Positions 12,103 through 24,443 of a DNA stretch of 64,000 nucleotides are shown here, piece by piece. Source of the DNA: Octopus sinensis (taxonomy: Eukaryota); NCBI RefSeq assembly GCF_006345805.1, contig NC_043002.1, positions 86,552,001 to 86,616,000 of the forward strand, read 5' to 3'. How positions within the stretch are numbered: the stretch's first letter is position 1; every line of letters begins with the position of its first letter. Under the pieces are notes generated by a model that saw only the letters and a list, made by a program, of their open reading frames with translations, was not told where the DNA came from and searched no databases. Position numbers and translations under genes: made by a program.

Positions 12103-13072
12103 CTGGGGAAAAAACAACACATTCAATGTTAATAGATTTAATAGACCTGAGGTATATTAAAATGTGACAGAAGATAACAGCAGTTAAGATCTTGGACAAT
12201 ATACTATAAAGCCTTAGGTTTAAAGGAGCTTCCCTCATTGCTAGGTTGTTAACTCATGCGAAACCAAATAACATTACCAATCTAAGACCAAATAAGTTAG
12301 TCATTATTGTTATGACCACCACAGGTTCACTACAATAAGTACCTAGCTCTAGTTTCAGATGATTCTATGATTCTGGGTTCAGTCCCATTGCATGGCACCT
12401 TGGGCAAATGTCTTCTATTACAACTTTGGGCTGAACAAAGCCTTGTGAGTGGATTTGGTAGACAGAAACTGATAGAAGCCTGTTGTATGTGTATGCCTTT
12501 GTTTGTCCCCCAGCACTGTTTGACAACAAGTGTTGATGAGTTTATTTCCTGTCACTTAGTGGTTCAACAAAAAGAGACCAATAAGTACCAGGCTTAAAAA
12601 AAAAAAAACAAGTAAATTCTGGGATTGATCTGTTTCACTAAAATTCTTCAAAATGGTGCCCCAGCATGGCTACAGTTTAATGACTGAAACAAGAAAGAAA
12701 TGAAAGATATATATATATATCCCATCAACATTTAATGTCCATTGCCTATGCTGGCATGGGCTGGACAGTTTGACCAAGGCTGGTAAGCTGAGGGGCTGCA
12801 CTAGATTCCAGTTTGATTTGGCATGGTTTCTATGGCTGGATGCCCTTCCTAATGACAACCACTTCAATAGTGTAATGGGTGCCTTTATGTGCTTCCAGCA
12901 CAGGTACCAGTTGCATGACAACAGTATCTACCACTACTATGATTTCACTGAGTTTGATGGATCTTCCTGTCATTTGTCATTGCCTCTGAATCCCAGCGCT
13001 CGAAAGGCGCTTTTTACATGCCACCAGCATCAGCCTCATTGACTCAGTAAGTCCCAATGCTTAAAAGATGCT

Positions 13073-13104
<32 letters not shown>

Positions 13105-16100
13105 AAGAGAGAAAGGGGAGGTGCAGTGATGCAGGTAAACACAATTAGGCTTCACACACACACACACACACACACACACAGATATGTGTCAAACCTAATC
13201 ATGTTTATTTGCATCACTACCTCCATATCAGCTCACTTTGGATTTCTCTTATAAACCACTCTTGATGCCGTGGACCTAGTCCTGGATGAAGAATTCAGAG
13301 TTTTAGCTCAAATTCATCTAAGCACATCTAGCTCTCACCTAGTGTCTATATAACACAAACATACATGCATTCATGCTTTGATATACATATAACCAGCAAC
13401 ATCATAAACTTTTAATGTCCATCCAATGCAACCATGAAGTTGCATGGGATGGACAGTTTGACAAGTTCTGGTAGAGTTGGAGGATTGCATCATACTCCAA
13501 TGTCTGCTTTGACATGGTTTCTACAACCAGATGCACTTCTTAAGATGAGCAAAGATTGAGGTGGATGGAGGGTAAAAAAGAGTAGAGGACATGGGATCTG
13601 GAAGGGTGTAGAAGTGAATGTCATGGAGTTGTAGAAGTTATCAATGACAGGAGTTGAGGAGGTCAGGAAGGAGTAGGTACTAAGTGGCAGTAAGGAAGGT
13701 GAAAATCAGCAAAATAATAATACAGAAGACAGGTAAAGGATGAGAAAAAAGGAAATTATATCAATGTGGGTAAGTTATAAGAGTATGAGTTGAGAGAAAG
13801 ACATGATACATGGGGAAAGTGAGAAATGTATAACGATAGAAGCAACTCAATAGGAAGCAAAGGTAATTTGGAAGCATAAGAGGGCGGGAAGTTAGCATAC
13901 ATTATATCATTCATATGATGTACAAAACTCTTGGCCTTTAAGTCACTTTGTTGCTTCTGTTATACTTCTGTTCACTTCAGCAATGTTACACACATGCTGT
14001 TGGTGATTTTTTTCCTTCTTTGGACTTTTCCATTTTCCTTTCCATGCTTCTCACCGAGCATCTGTCTAATACATTCCATGTGCATGTCCACTTGTTGTTA
14101 ATGTTTGTTTATTTGAGTTGACTATACACATCACACACACTACAAACTTTCTAATGTTTCTGTTTACCAAATTCCCTCACAAAACACTGTTTGGCCCAGG
14201 ACTGTAATACAAGACACTTGCACAAGGTGCTGTGCAGTGAGCACGAACATAAACCACGTGGTTGCGAAGTAAGCTTCTTAACACTTTGACTACCTATTTC
14301 TTTACTACCCACAAGGGGCTACACACAGAGGGGGGACAAACAAGGACACACAAAAGGATTAAGTCGATTATATCGACCCCAGTGCATAACTGGTACTTAT
14401 TTAATCGACCCCGAGAGGATGAAAGGCAAAGTCGACCTTGGCTGAATTTGAAATCAGAACGTAGCGGCAGACAAAATACCGCTAAGCATTTCGTCCGGCG
14501 TGCTAACGGTTCTGCCAGCTCACTGCCTTCACCCGACATGGCTACCAACACTTTGACTACCAATACACTTGAAACTGATCCTGGTTATGATACAAACTTT
14601 TTGTTTTAAAGGAATCTAAATGAAAGCCTTCCATCAAAACTTTATGTTACTTTATATTCCAAACACCAGTTTAATAATGACACAGTTGTTTTACTAAATT
14701 CTTCAATATTTTCAAAATTTATTGAAACACAGGCAGAGCATTTCAATAAACAATATTGTAACAAAAGGATTAATAAAACTCAGTTGTTTGCACCTACAAA
14801 TTCATGCCTATGTTTCTTAGAGTATTTTATGGATAGATAATATTCATAAGAACTACACTAAGTGGTAAAACGCTGTACTAGAGAAGGTTTGCTCAACTTA
14901 TGCAGGCATGAACATGAAATAATGAGGAAGATAATTATAGTGAGCTCAGAACTTATATTGTCTACCTAAATTTATTGATGTTATACCTCACAGATTTACA
15001 ACACAGCCATTTGTTATAGTAAATAACCTGAAACCTAGCTACTTTATGAGCACAGGAAGAGAATATTTTGGGCTAAGTCTGAAATTATACTTTCAGTTAA
15101 CAAATCCACTAAACAAGTGGGTCACATGACTGTTACAGATGTCATATAACTTTATATTAAATGAAATACATAATTTTATGCAATACTCACTCTTGCATGT
15201 TTTAGTTCTAATTCAACTAGTTCAACAAAATTCTTCCGAAAGTAAGCTATCCTCCGAGTCTTAAATTCTGTTAATTCTGAATAAAGAAAAATAAAAGTAT
15301 ACCAGATTAGACTTTATGTGTTCATACAAAAATGTGCACTAAATTATAAAATATATATTTATTTTCTTACCTTTTCGAGCATTGTCTGATATTTTCTCAA
15401 ATTTTTCAAAAGCTTGCAATTGGTTCTTTTCAGCCTGATAAATAATACAAAATACAATAATTTTATCCTTGTTAACCACAAGAGTTGACAAAAAGATCAA
15501 GGACAATACAGGACAATAATGTGAGATTACATAAAAAAATATGTAAATGATAGAAATAACAAAAACAAGAAAAAAATTCAAACAAAGAAAATTTCCCTGA
15601 AAGGTGGGATGCCTCTAAGGGCTACTTATGGAGACCAGATACCCTGACTGCTATGGCATTTTCCCAGCTGTCCCTCTTCAATCTCAGAGCAAGCTCTTCA
15701 CTCAGACCGTGCTTAGCACTCATCTAACTTTCAACAGATTTACTGGGAGACAACAAGCCTTCCTCCTCCATCCCCATTTTCCTTTTCAAGTTAAACTTGA
15801 AAAATGCTGATGAGAGCTTGACCAAAAACAACAGTGTCTGCCTTCAGCCTTTTCAATCTGGTCCACCCGACAACCTCTTTTACCAAAACAGATAAAACTA
15901 CCTAGCATCCTCATCCAAAGGAAGGTAACAGAGAAATTGATTATTGCATTTGAGTCATGTTAGTGAAACCATTAGCATTTGGTTTGATAGCCACAATATT
16001 GGCTTTATTGATAGTGTTAATGTTAATACTTGTAGTGGTGAATGTGGTGGTAGTATTGGTAAGTGTGTTGCTGCTGGTGGCAATAGTAGTGGCGTCACTA

Positions 16101-19100
16101 TGACCATCCATTCTTTTGTTTTTGTGAGGTTTGTTGTTGTTTAGATCTGAGGGTGTTAGTAGTGGCAGTGTTAGTGATTTGGCTTAAGATACAGAAGGCA
16201 GCATCAAAACTGCTCTTTTAAACACTATTTGTCTACCTCCAGTATCCTCTCAAATATTTCAAAGCTATGTTTTGATTTTAAATGGGCATGTTCCAGAAAA
16301 AAAATTAAATTCTGTCCTGAAGGGCAAAACAAAACAGAACTGACCAGTTTCTCAGGATCTTGGTCAGTTTAGCAACAACACAGCCAAATTTTGTAAATAC
16401 ACTTTTAAAACATTTAAAAACAAACAAAACTTATGAGCAATTTGAAGAGTTGTCATGCCAATACGAAAACAGAAATAATAATGAGGCTGTAACTGAGGGA
16501 CTAAATGTAATGATTCTTTGGGACTTTCCAGTATATACAGAGACAACCATCAAAGCTAATAAACCAGTCGTTGTTGTAAAAGACCAAAATAATAATGTCA
16601 GTTACATGGAGGGTAATTGTTCTCACATGAGTATAGCTTGTGATCATAATATTTCAACAAAATAATTTGACTAGCTCAGAAAATATAAAGGTTTGCTCAT
16701 TGAAATTGAAAAAAAAATGCAGCATCTCAAAGCAATTACAGTATCAGTGACATGTAGGAAAAAGGAATTGAAAATTATTTGAGAACGATCCCTGACTTAT
16801 CGTTCCTGCAAGACATGCAAAAGATTGTCTTAACTGGTACATCACACATATTGAAAGGGCATTGTCATTGCGAGAACAATTACCTTCTATGTAGATAATT
16901 TCAGAAATATTAAATTTCTAAATATCTCATAGAGATATGTGTGGTGGTGGAATGATAGAGTGGTTGTAGAGTGTATACAACCACTCTAAATAATTTCTTT
17001 TTCCACATAACTTTATCTGATTTTGTAAATGAATAATCTGATGTGTTTATTTTAATGGCCTAGCCAAAGAAACAGTGAGTTTCATTGTCTTAGGTATTGG
17101 GAAGACACCCAGAAAGAAATAGAAACAAAATTGAAGGAAGGGAAAAAGATTCATTATAATAATCATAATGATAATAATAAAGTAGTTTGCATTAAAATAA
17201 AAATATGCTAATACTAATCAATAGCGCGTAAAACTATTTTAAAATTTTTTTTATTTTATCTAGTTTCAGCTCACGAGCTGTGGCCATGCTAGGGCATCGC
17301 CATGTAAAGATTTCTTTAGAAAATACACTTCTAATCGCAAATAATTTCTTATTTCTTGCAACAGAACACACAATTCCCAACTTACCAAAGCAACATCTTT
17401 ATTTTTTGTTCTAGCTTTATCTAACGCTTTATTGGCCTGTTCATAGTCAGCAAGTGCCCGTGATCGGCGATACAGCAGATCTTTAGCAGCAGCAGAATCT
17501 CTCATATAATAACGCAATGTGTCACTAATTTTCAAATCTTCATCTGATGCCACTCGTCCTTCAAGTTTCTGCAAATATAGAAAATATATTTTACTGATAA
17601 AATTTCAATTGTTAGTCATCGTCGTCTCTTCTATTCTTCTCAGTTATGAAGGCATTTTAACCTTGAGAGTGAAAGGTCGAGATCCCTAGTGCCAATACCA
17701 TGCAAAAGTAAAATAAAAAAGCACCCAATATATTGTGTGGTGGTTGGTGATAGGAAGAGCATCCAGCCATAGAAATCATACCAAAACTGAAATATTGAAG
17801 GCATGGTTTTTGACTTGCTGGATCCTAGCAAACCTTCCAACTATGTCAGCATAGAAAACAAAAAGTAAAATGATGATAGTGTGAGATATAAGACTTAGAA
17901 AGCTGCAATAAAAGCAGCTTGTCTAGAAGAGCAATAACATAAAATGTACAAGATAGAATGGCATTCATTAGATAACCTCCTGAGGGGCAGTGGAATGACA
18001 CAGTATATCCAATCCATTATATAAAATGGCTGATAGTGTAAAAGGTATCCATATGCACTCAACCATAACTATACTATAGGTAACTGACCTTGGTAGTTGT
18101 TTCAGCTGTTGTGTATATCAGATGTCAAGGGAAGGCAACAAATGGCAAAACCCATGCCAGCACACTCACAGCCAAATGTGCCAAATCCAGTTAGGCAACT
18201 CAGACTACCCTTTCAGAAAGTACACAACACTATTTATCCAGTAGCTGAAAACACAGGGGAAAGCTCTACCACAATTTGAGTCACGAAAGTTAAGACGTAA
18301 CTTTAATACTTTGAGAAACTGACTATGCTAACCACACAGGTTCAATTTTAAGCCAGTGAAATTAAAGTTTAAATTAAGAAAAGGTTGAACTTACTCTTGC
18401 TTTCTCTAAGGCTTCAGTTAACCGAGTGAAAATTCTAATCAATAAAAAGATAAAAAAAAAGATTATTAATTAGAATGTGTGTGTATCTATCTACCTATAT
18501 TTGCAAAAACAAGTTACAGACAATACAAATTTTACAATTTATCCAGTAATCCAAGGGATATAGAGAAATGGTTCAGAGTTTAAATAGCTTATAGTACATT
18601 TCAATTTTCAGACCAGTAACTGAATGGAACTTCAATATTCACCTAAGTGAAAATTTCACTTTGGTGAATAGATAATTGTGGCTGTATATCTCAGACATTC
18701 ATCTTCAGTAGACTATGATGATGATGCATGTATTAGACTCAACCAAAAGTTTTGTGGCCAATGCCAGTGCCGCCTGATTGGCTCCAGTGCCAGTGGCACG
18801 TAAAAGGCACCCACTACACTCTAGCAGTGGTTGGCGTTAGGAAGTGCATTCAGCTGTAGAAACATTGCCAGATCAGATTGGAGACTGGTGCGGCCTCCTG
18901 GCTTGCCAATCCCCAGTCAAACCGTCCAACTCATGCCAGTATGTAAGACAGACATTAAATTATGATGATGATTCCAAATATAAAAAGATGCTCTAGCATG
19001 GCCACAATCCAATGACTGAACAAGTAAATGAACATATTGAGATCTACTAGACAAGAATGAACTGAAACTCAGAAATAGATAAATTTCTCTAACATATATA

Positions 19101-22100
19101 AATACTAAGACTAATGAACAATACGGATATTTGACTTAAATTCCAAATTGATTTGTCTGAAGTCATTATCAACAAACTAGTATGTCTGTGTGGTTAAGAA
19201 TTTCACCTTGCAACCATGTGATTTCAGTGCAATTAAACTGTGGGCACCTTGGATTAAGTGTCTTCTACTATAGCCTTGGAGTGACCAACGTTTTGTGAGT
19301 GAAATTCAGTAGATAGAAACTGTACATATGCCTGTCATTTATATGTTTCTCCAGCCGTTTCTGTATTGTCACTGCTTGAGCACTGGTGACATATCCGACA
19401 GCTTGGTTTTGACATGTGAAAACCAGAGGAGTATTCTGTCTTACTTGAAAACAACGGTTAGCACCAAGAGGGACATCAGATCCAAGAATACTGCCTCAAG
19501 GTATCATCCAACCCATGCCAGCATGGAAAAAAGCATAAAAACAATGATGATGCCGAGGCAATGGTGACAGTAGAAAAATGAGTTGTTTGATTCTAGGTCT
19601 GATCTAATAGACATATGGTTAAAGGAGTTTCAACTGTGACTATCCCTTCTTATGGTCTACTAGCACTATGACCTGGCAACGCCAGGTCATAGTGCTACTG
19701 CATGCATATACAGTTGCGTGCGTGCACACAAACACGTGGGTACTGTCCAAACTCCGACCAATCACATACGGCTACCTGGCATTCAATTGGCGTATCAAGT
19801 TTCGGGCATTTTGATTGGGTTTTGGTTAGAAAATTCACAAAAAAGTCACTTCTATTAATTTTTTAATGGCTTTGCAGGGTGACTGGGAAAATGTAAAGAT
19901 ATGCACGACCACCCTTGGATGGTTTTGAATGACCATAGAAAGTGCGAGCCCTCTAACTGAAAAATTGTGGATTTGTATAAAGGACACACACACAGACATT
20001 CTGATGTTTATATATATATATATAGAGATTACAGACTACATAGGTCAGTGAGTCCTTTTTTTAAAGCTGGTGTGATTTGGTTGCTATTTCTAGCAGGTCA
20101 AATGACTGTACAGAGAAGCTCCTTCATTTGCTTGAAAAATATAACTTTTATAAGATGTCAAATATCTGTTCAGTTTATTTGCATCTAAACAGAGATGAAG
20201 TAATTATTATGTTAATTTTTTGAGTAGTAATAATGTAAAGTAAATCACTTAGTCACAAATTTACAAAGAGAATAAAATTGACATTAAATTTATATGATAG
20301 GAGAAAAATAAAATTGCCAAAATTAAAATTTTTTCACATGATTTTTTTTTTTAAATCAAAAGCCTAATAAATGGTAATTCAGTTGAAACTCAAAACTTGT
20401 TTCATTTAACATACTTTTCCAATTCTGTGTTTTCAATTGTTGCAATCTGGACAAATCCAGAAGAAATTTGTATGTAACAATCAGCAACATCTGGTAAAGA
20501 AAGAAGTTTGCATTTAAATGAATTGCTGAAAATTTGAGAAAAATATTTGAATCTGAATTTTATGCAAAGATTTATTTCACTTAATGTTTGTTTTTAGCAT
20601 TTTTTAAAAATTGCCTTTACAGATCTTAACAAACCATAAAGTGCTATAGAGTTATAGTTTATATTTGGGATCTTTTTGGTTTGAACGGCAGTTTTTAACA
20701 TAATTTCTAGGTAACTAAAAAGTTTTAAACTTCGTATACTGGTAGAATGTGTTTATAAAACATCTTTTTCTCTTGGCTTTATTGAGAAAATTCTATAGTT
20801 TGTAAGATATTTGTTGTTTATTTTCTTCAATTTCTGCAATTTCAACCAATCACTGATGTCTATTGAGGTAAAAAAAACATTCTGTGCTGCATGAAACAGA
20901 TTGGGTTTATTTACATTTGTGAAGAAAAAAAAGATACCCTTCCCCCCACCCCTAACTAACCCTAACCCTAAAACAGATTGAAATGCAATAGATCGATACT
21001 AGGGTTATAATTATGAGTGACAATTTCATATGACACCACTAAAAAACACTGCCATTCAAACCGAAAAGATCCTATATTTGTAAAGTGACAGATGACTATT
21101 AAATCTAAAAAAAGTGGCTAAACTAGTACTACTACAGATAACTACTTCAGAAGTTCATATACCCATCACAACTAGGTGAACTAAGACCTTATTGGACTAC
21201 AATTCATAAACGCAAGTGAAAAATCACAACAGATCTGAACTCTGTAAGGTAACAGTTTATCAACACAGCTATTACTATCTAAATAAAGAATTAAAAAAAA
21301 CTTCTCTTGATGAAAGGGCAAACAAGACAAAGAAAATCTTCCAACAATATTTGAAAAGGTTGAAAGATATTGAAATGTTATGAAATGCAAATCAGAAATA
21401 TTATACATTGTCAAATTCCTTACTAGTCTTGAATGAGCATATTTCAAATTTGTGTCTACGCATTACTCTCTTTACTCTTTAAACTTGTTTCAGTCATTTG
21501 ACTGTGGCCACGCTGGAGCACCGCCTTTCTTTAGTCGAGCAAATCGACCCCAGGACTTATTCTTTGTAAGCCTAGTACTTATTCTATCAGTCTCTTTTGC
21601 TGAACCGCTAAGTTACGGGGACCTAAACACACCAGCATCGGTTGTCAAATGATGTTGGGGGGACAAACACAGACACACACATACATATATATACGACGGG
21701 CTTCTTTCAGTTTCCGTCTACCAAATCCACTCACATGGCTTTGTTTGGCCCTAGGCTATAGTAGAAGACACTTGCCCAAGGTGCCACGCAGTGGGACTGA
21801 ACTCGGTACCATGTGGTTCGTAAGCAAGCTACCTACCACACAGCCACTCCTATGCCTATGTCATTTCAAACATAAAGTAGTACAATATGCAGCAAGATAT
21901 ATTAAAATATATAATACAAACTTGCAAAATTAATATCAATATCACAGGTAATAAATAAAAATTTAAAAAACCTCCAAATTTCTACTATTTCCTTTTACAC
22001 TGAATTTATATAAAGTATCCCAAATTTAAATAAACTGCACACAAGTCGTTTGTCTTATTTAGAGTAATGGATAGATCTCGGAGATTCTTAATTCTTTCTT

Positions 22101-23497
22101 TATTCTTTTTATTTTTTGCCAATACAAGTTATACAGAGTTAGTGGCTAAAGGACACTATTGCTGCAAATATGACCAAATCCTCAAGAACTTCACCGAGGC
22201 AATTAACATGATGATTATCTTTGTTAATAAGAGAGAGAGTTGTACATAACCAGATGATAGGAGCTGATCTAGAGAAGCAGTTTGTTTCTAAAGCAAAAAA
22301 AGTGGCACATCTTAGAGATACCAGACCCTAGTGCCAAGAGTTGATAGAGGATTGTTACAGGACAAAAGTGCTTGCCAGAAGAGATGAGCAGTCGAGTATT
22401 GATGGGTCGCTCCCAATGGAACCCTGGGCATTATAAGACTGAACAGAAAAAGAGCCATCAATTTTCCACAAGCTGTAAACAAAGCATCTAATTGGCTCCA
22501 ACTAAAAAAGAGGCAACCAGCAGAGTTAGAAGAATGTCACTTTAACACAAGGCTAGACTTGATCAACTTGGGCCAGGTCACCAGGATGAGAGTGTATATC
22601 CTATAACACCTGAAACTCCTAGTGACTAATAACACAGATAAGGATGTATGTAAAAATACAAATCAACCCAACATTAATTTGTAATTCTTTAATTTTTTTA
22701 TTTATACAAGTTACACATAGTTAGTCATTTAACAACTTTAATAATATTATTGACAGGATATTTACAATTCTAAATCAGTAGCTGCAGTTCTAAAATTTGG
22801 CATTTGTTTCCCATATCTACTTTAAGCATCTGAAAATTACCAAAGATTTCTATGGTGAACTTAATCTGTTGCTTGATTTAACACCACCAGCTGGCACTTT
22901 CTGTTGCAAGCAATCAGGCTAATCTCTGGTTTGAGGACACTTCTCTCCTTCCCTCCCTCCCACCAGTCCCTGAAGCTCAGTAAAGAACCTAGGGGCACTT
23001 CCCTCCCACCTGCCTAAAAAAAAATCCCAGCCTGAGAAACACAGGTCTCAAATGCAATAAACAAAAATGATTATCATCAAAATAGATTTACTTTTGTGTG
23101 TTTTAGTCATCCGGTCACTTTTGGTGGCTGCATCTTTAATCTTTACATGGTACTCCACTAGGAAGGTTTTCTGTTGTTCAAAAAAGTCATCTACATCCTA
23201 AAATGATTAAGAAATAGATAAATACATCATTTTCCATCTCATGCTAACAAACACTTAAATATCAATCATCATCATAATTTTTACCATGCTAGCATCAGTT
23301 GTACAAGACTTCTTATAGTAGTCTTTTACAACTAGACACCCCAACTGAAGCCATCTCTGTTTTTTATGCAAGGTACTTTATTACAAAGGCCTTTGCACAT
23401 TAAAGCACCAAGAGGGATGTTTTATTTATGGAGGACATGAACAATTATCTCTGTTATATAAACAGTATCAATGTAAAGACACAAGGAAACAAAAATA

Positions 23498-23586
<89 letters not shown>

Positions 23587-24395
23587 CAGGCTTTTGGGGA
23601 ATTTCTGTCCACAAAAATTTCATTCCCAAAGTGTTTACTATTACCAAATCAACTTTGATTATGCTGAAGAACAATTATATGGAAATTAAGAGCTTTAAAC
23701 CTAATCATTTTATGAATTAATATTCTTTCTTTTTTAATAAAAAAAATTCCCATATGGTGTTTGTCTCTATGTTACCTACTGAGATCATCAAAGCCCAATA
23801 TATGCACTGAATCTTTGTCATCTTATCCCACAGGGTTGTTCCCTATTTATTATCTTAACTTTGTTCTACAATGATTGGTGACCTCTTTTCCCTTACACAA
23901 ATGAACAACCATGCCTGACATTTCTGTCACCTCACAGATTAGTTTTATTTTTGAGAAACAGCTGGTCCCAATATCCACTGTCATAACTGCATGTGATGAA
24001 ATACACACTGTTCTTGGTCATGATCTCTTTTGATGAAGACTCTATTCAGAAGAGATGTCTCCAAAAAGTAGACATGGTTTGAATTCCTTCGAATTTTCTG
24101 ACACACATCTATTATAGACAAAGGCAGTTTTCTGACTAACATTCTTGCATTCTAGAGCCTTAGATCTCTACTCCTTAAGAAAGAGAAAATATTAAACCTA
24201 TGACCATTACAAAACGTGGGGAGGGGGGCAGAGAAAAAAAAAAGGCTTAAAGCTCTTAATTTCCAGTACCTAATTGTCCTACTAGACAATGGGATAGTGA
24301 ATATAAGCACATTAGTGGAGAAGTCTAGGCAGTGGGTATGAGTCCAATATCTGGATCACCATTTAATCATGGTAATTCCTCATCTTAGAAATTCA

Positions 24396-24443
<48 letters not shown>

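Noticed and set aside
15339-15581. 80-aa hydrophobic ORF
   Set aside because: Intron read-through around SNX6 exon 12; only 15371-15434 has splice-site and homology support.
17266-17385. C-terminal extension of the 102-aa ORF (VSWELCVLL...)
   Set aside because: Begins at a consensus GTAAGT donor and SNX homology stops there; it is intron sequence.
20950-20971. Telomeric repeats as a sign of a chromosome end or fusion
   Set aside because: Only about 3 units, and they lie inside a TIR/TSD-bounded MITE.
23428-23689. ORFs with ERERER/SLSLSL runs
   Set aside because: Translations of the (GA)n microsatellite.
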